A stretch of 64,000 nucleotides of DNA, taken from assembly GCF_964213995.1 (NCBI RefSeq), contig NC_135825.1, positions 12,462,001-12,526,000 on the forward strand, given 5' to 3'. This document shows, one piece after another, positions 59,740 through 64,000 of the stretch. This stretch comes from Mustelus asterias. Its lineage: Eukaryota. Within the stretch, counting starts at the first letter, position 1. Each line of letters starts with the position of its first letter. A model generated the notes under the pieces. That model did no database searches, had not been told where the DNA came from, and was given only the letters and a program-made list of their open reading frames with translations. The position numbers and the translations under genes are program-made.

Positions 59740-62500
59740 AGAGAATCGTAGAAGTTTACTGCCTGGAAATAGGCCCTTCGGCCCAACTTGTCCATGCCGC
59801 CTCTTTTTTTAACCACTAAGCGATTCCCAATTGCCTGCATTTGGCCCATATCCTGTTTTACCCATCATACCCATGTAACTGTCTCGATGCTTTTTAAAAG
59901 ACAAAATTGTAACCTGCCTCTACTACTACTTCTGGCAGCTTGTTCCAGGCACTCACCACATTCTGTGTGAAAAACATTGCCCCTCTGGACACTTTTGTAT
60001 CTCTCCGTCTCACCTTAAACTTCTGCCCCCTAGTTTTAGACTCCCCTAACTTTTGGGAAAAGATATTGGCTATCTAGCTGATCTGTGCCTCTCATTATTT
60101 TAGAGACCTCTATAAGATCACTCCTCAGCCTTCTAAGCTCCAGAGAAAAAAGTCCCAGTCTATCCAGCCTCTCCTTATAATTCAAACCGTCAATTCCCGG
60201 CAGCACCCTGCTAAATCTTTTCTGCACTCTTTCTCGTTTAATAATGTCCTTACTGTAGTAGGGTGACCAAAACTGTACACAGCATTCCAAGTGTGGCCTT
60301 ACCAAGAACTTCAACTTCAACAGGACGTCCCAACTCCTGTATTCAATGTTCTGACCAATGAAACCAAGCATGTCAAATGCCTTCTTCACCACTCTGTCCA
60401 CCTGTGCCTCCACTTTCAAGGAGCTATGAATCTATACCCCCAGATCCCTTTGTTCAATCACCCTCCCCTTCGCCCGACTGTTAACTGAGTAAGTCCTGCC
60501 CTGGTTCGATCGACCAAAATGCATCACCTCACATTTATCTAAATTAAATTCCATCTGCCATTCATCAGCCCAGTGGCCCAAGTGATCAAGATCCCATTGC
60601 AATCCTAGATAACCTTCTTCTCTGTCCACTATGCCACCAATCTTGGTGTCATCTCCAAACTTACTAACCATGCCTCCTAAATTCTCATCCAAATCATTAA
60701 TATAAATGACAAACAACAGTGGACCCAGCACCGATCCCTGAGGTACACCGCTGGTCACAGGCCTCCAGTTTGAAAAACAACCCTCTACAACCACCCTCTT
60801 CTGTCTTCTGTCTTCTGTCATCAAGCCAATTTTGTACCCATTTGGCTACCTCACCCTGGATCCCGTGTGATTTAACCTCATGTAACAACCTACCATGCGG
60901 TACCTTGTCAAAGGCCTTACTAAAGTCCATGTAGACAACATCAACTGCACTGCCATCATCTACCTTCTTGGTTACCTCTTTCAAAAACTCAATCAAATTG
61001 GGGCGGCAAGGTGGCACAGTGGTTAGCACTGCGGCCTCACAGCGCCGGGGACCCAGGTTCAATTCCGGCCTCGGGTCGCTGTCTGTGTGTTGTTTGCATG
61101 TTCTCCCCGTGTCTGTGTGGGTTTCCTCCGGGTGCTCTGGTTTCCTCCTACAGTCTAAAGATGTACGGGTTAGGTGCATTGGCCATGCTAAATTGACCCT
61201 AATGTCAGGGGGATTAGCAGGGTAAATGTGTGGGGTTACGGGAATAGGGCCTGGGTGGGATTGTGGTCGGTACAGACTCGATGGGCCGAATTGTCTCCTT
61301 CTCTACTGCAGGGGTTCTATGATTCTATGAAATTTGTGAGACAGGATTTTCCTCTCACAAAGCCATGCTGACTGTCCCTGATCTGTCCTGGTTTCTCTAA
61401 CTGCCTGTAGATCCTGTCTTTCAGAATATCTTCTAAAAACCTACCCACTACAGATGTGAATCTCACCAGCCTGCAGTTCCCAGGCTTTTCCCTGCAGCCC
61501 TTTTTAAACAAAGGCACAGCATTTGCCACCCTCCAATCTTCAGGCATCTCAGTTGTGGCTGTCGATGGTTCAAATATCTCTGCAAGGGGACCTGCAATTA
61601 CCTCCCTAGCCTCCCACAATGTCCTGGGATACACTTCATCAGGTCCCAGGGATTTATCTACTTGGTGCGCTTTAAGACTTCCAGCACCTCCTTCTCTATT
61701 ATATGTACACTCCTCAAGACATCACTATTTATTTCCCCAAGTTCCCTAACATACATGCTTTTCTCAACAGTAAATATTGATGAGAAATATTCATTTAGGA
61801 TCTCACCCATCTCTTGTGGATTCGCACATCGATGACCTTGTTGATCCTTAAGAGGCCCTACTCTCTCCCTAGTTAATCTTTTTCCCTTTATATATTTGTC
61901 GACGCTCTTTGGATTCTCCTTTGCCTTGTCTGCCAAAGCAATCTCGTGTCCCCTTTTTGTTCTCCTGATTTCTCTCTTAACACTACTCCGACACTCTCCA
62001 TACTCTTCAAGGGATCCACTTGATTCCAGCTGCCTGTGTATGTCATATGCCTCCTTCTTCTTCTTGACCAGGGCCTCATCCAGGGTTCCCTAATTCTACC
62101 AGCCTTGTCCTTCACTCTAAGAAGAATGTGCTTACCCTGAATTCTGGTTAACACACTCTTGAAAGCTTCCCACTTACCAGGCATCCCTTTGCCTGCCTAC
62201 AGACTCCCCCAATTAACTTCTGAAAGTTCCTGCCTGATACCATCATAATTGGCTTTGTCCCAATTTAGAATTTTAACTTTTGGGCTCGATCTATCATTCT
62301 CCATAGCTATCTTATAACTAATGGAATTATGGTCACTGGTCCCAAAGTGATCCCCCAATAACACTTCTGTCACCTGTCCTTCCTTATTTCCCAAGAGGAG
62401 TTCGGGTTTTGCCACCTCTCTAGTCAGGCCATCCACATACTGAATGAGAAATTCCTCCTGAATACACTCAATAAATTTATCTCCATCCAAGCTTATATCC
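59740..62500 (-). mobile_element. Degenerate CR1 with nested SINE (61000-61329). Its right part duplicates 1-2005.
   Basis: RT motifs on the minus strand, 3' UTR near 59745-59800. Confidence 0.9.
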
Positions 62501-64000
62501 AAGGCTATGGCTGACACTCAACTTTATCCATATATATTCAGATGGCATGGTGGCACAGTGGTTAGTACTGCTGCCGCACAGTGCCAGAGACGTGGATTCA
62601 ATCCCCGACTTGAGTCACTGTCTGTGTGTAGCCAGCACATTCTCCTCGTGTCTGCGTGGGTTTCCCTCAGGTGCTCCAGTTTCCTCCCACAGTCCGAAAG
62701 ACGTGCTGGTTAGGTGCATTGGCCATGCTAAATTCTCCCTCCGTGTACCCGAACAGGTGCCGGAGTATGGAGACTAAGGGATTTTCACAGTAACTTCATT
62801 GCAGTGTTAATGTAGCCTACTTATGACACTAATAAATAAACTTTAAACTTTTATTATCTTTTTCCATGTCAACTTTCTACATTTACTGCAACATGTCAGA
62901 CACAGAACATCGGGAATTACAGATACAGGAGGGAATCTCATTCAAATAACTGTTCCATCTCCTGAATATGAAGAAAGTTGCAAAGAGTGTCTCCAATCCC
63001 AGTGTCATCGATATTAAACAGAACGTGATCTAATCACAGCTCCATTCAAAGAACAGGAAGCTGTTGAGAGAGAGTGAAGCAAGAATTCAAATTTCTCAGA
63101 TCCATTGAGGATCTGGGACAATTAAAGACACCAACAGATTCAGTTCCAGCCGGACACTGCAGAATGAGCGAGGAGAAATGGTAAGACCAATGGTTCCAGT
63201 GAATCAGGGTCAAGAAACAAATACAGAATCCGGGTTTGAATTCCAAACTCTATTGCTGACACTCGGACTCTGTTGACCTGACTGCAGAGGGTTCAGGTGC
63301 TTGTTGACAGAGCCAAGGGCAATGGATCCCCAAATGTGTCCAAGTGCTCCAGTGGAGTTTATCCAGCGTGTCAGGGACATTTCCCAGTACGGATCACTGC
63401 GATAATTCTCGCTGGTTCAGACTCCAGGTAATGTCTCCAGTGCCTCGATCTCCTCCCATGTCACAGAGTTGCTCTTCAGCCAGGAACTGGGGAAGCTACC
63501 TTCAGCAGAGTGGGTGGAGATACACAGGGCCAATGGCAGGGTATCAGCATGGCTGATACTCTCAATGCTCATAGAAATCATAGAAATCATAGAAACCCTA
63601 CAGTGCAGAAAGAGGCCATTCGGCCCATCGGGTCTGCACCAACCACAATCCCACCCAGGCCCTACCCCCATATCTCTACATATTTACCCGCTAATCCCTC
63701 TAACCTTCACATCTCAGGACACTGGGGGACAATTTTAATGTGGCCAATCAACCTAACCCGCACATCTTTGGACTGTGGGAGGAAACAGGAGCACCCGGAG
63801 GAAACCCACGCAGACACGAGGAGAATGTGGAAACTCCACACAGTGACCCAAGCTGGGAATCGAACCCAGGTCCCTGGAGCTGCGAAGCAGCAGTGCGAAC
63901 CACTGTGCTACCGTGCCGCTCTGAATTTTAGGCTTGACGTGGAAGTGTGATTAGCGGCCTGGAGGCGGGTGTGGTATCCACTGCAGTCCCTGTTCAACCC
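60497..64000 (+). repeat. Near-identical copy of 1-3514 (offset about 60.5 kb)
   Basis: Colinear match including all nested SINEs. Few substitutions, an 11 bp deletion near 63160 and a +1 indel near 63394. Confidence 0.97.

Overview
Eukaryotic, repeat-dense vertebrate DNA. The HE1-like V-SINEs and HER1/CR1-like LINEs point to a cartilaginous fish (shark or ray). Almost all ORFs in the track are retroelement debris. The real genic content is two tandem, + strand, multi-exon immunoglobulin-superfamily receptor genes, rebuilt here by hand from splice sites and exon phases. Gene A (7824-32466, 512 aa) is leader, V, C2, V, C2, Ser/Thr stalk, Arg-containing transmembrane helix and a short tyrosine-free tail. 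Gene B (41672-56698, about 299 aa) is leader, V, C2, stalk, TM(Arg) and tail. The V domains are of the CD300/pIgR/TREM type, and the TM begins N-V-I-R-W-G-L, like the FcRgamma-pairing activating receptors. This suggests an activating immune-receptor family, probably related to skate MDIRs. A and B derive from an older duplication (leader exons about 34 kb apart). The first 3.5 kb of the window recurs almost identically 60.5 kb later, implying a younger tandem unit or an assembly haplotig. Other features: relic V and C2 exon fragments, a mutated TM splice acceptor in gene B with an in-frame rescue site, a solo LTR just before V2, a nearly intact CR1 with a single stop, a 5S rRNA retrocopy with TSD and a paralogous empty site, Penelope-type minimal hammerhead motifs, Harbinger-like MITEs, and a 268-N gap.
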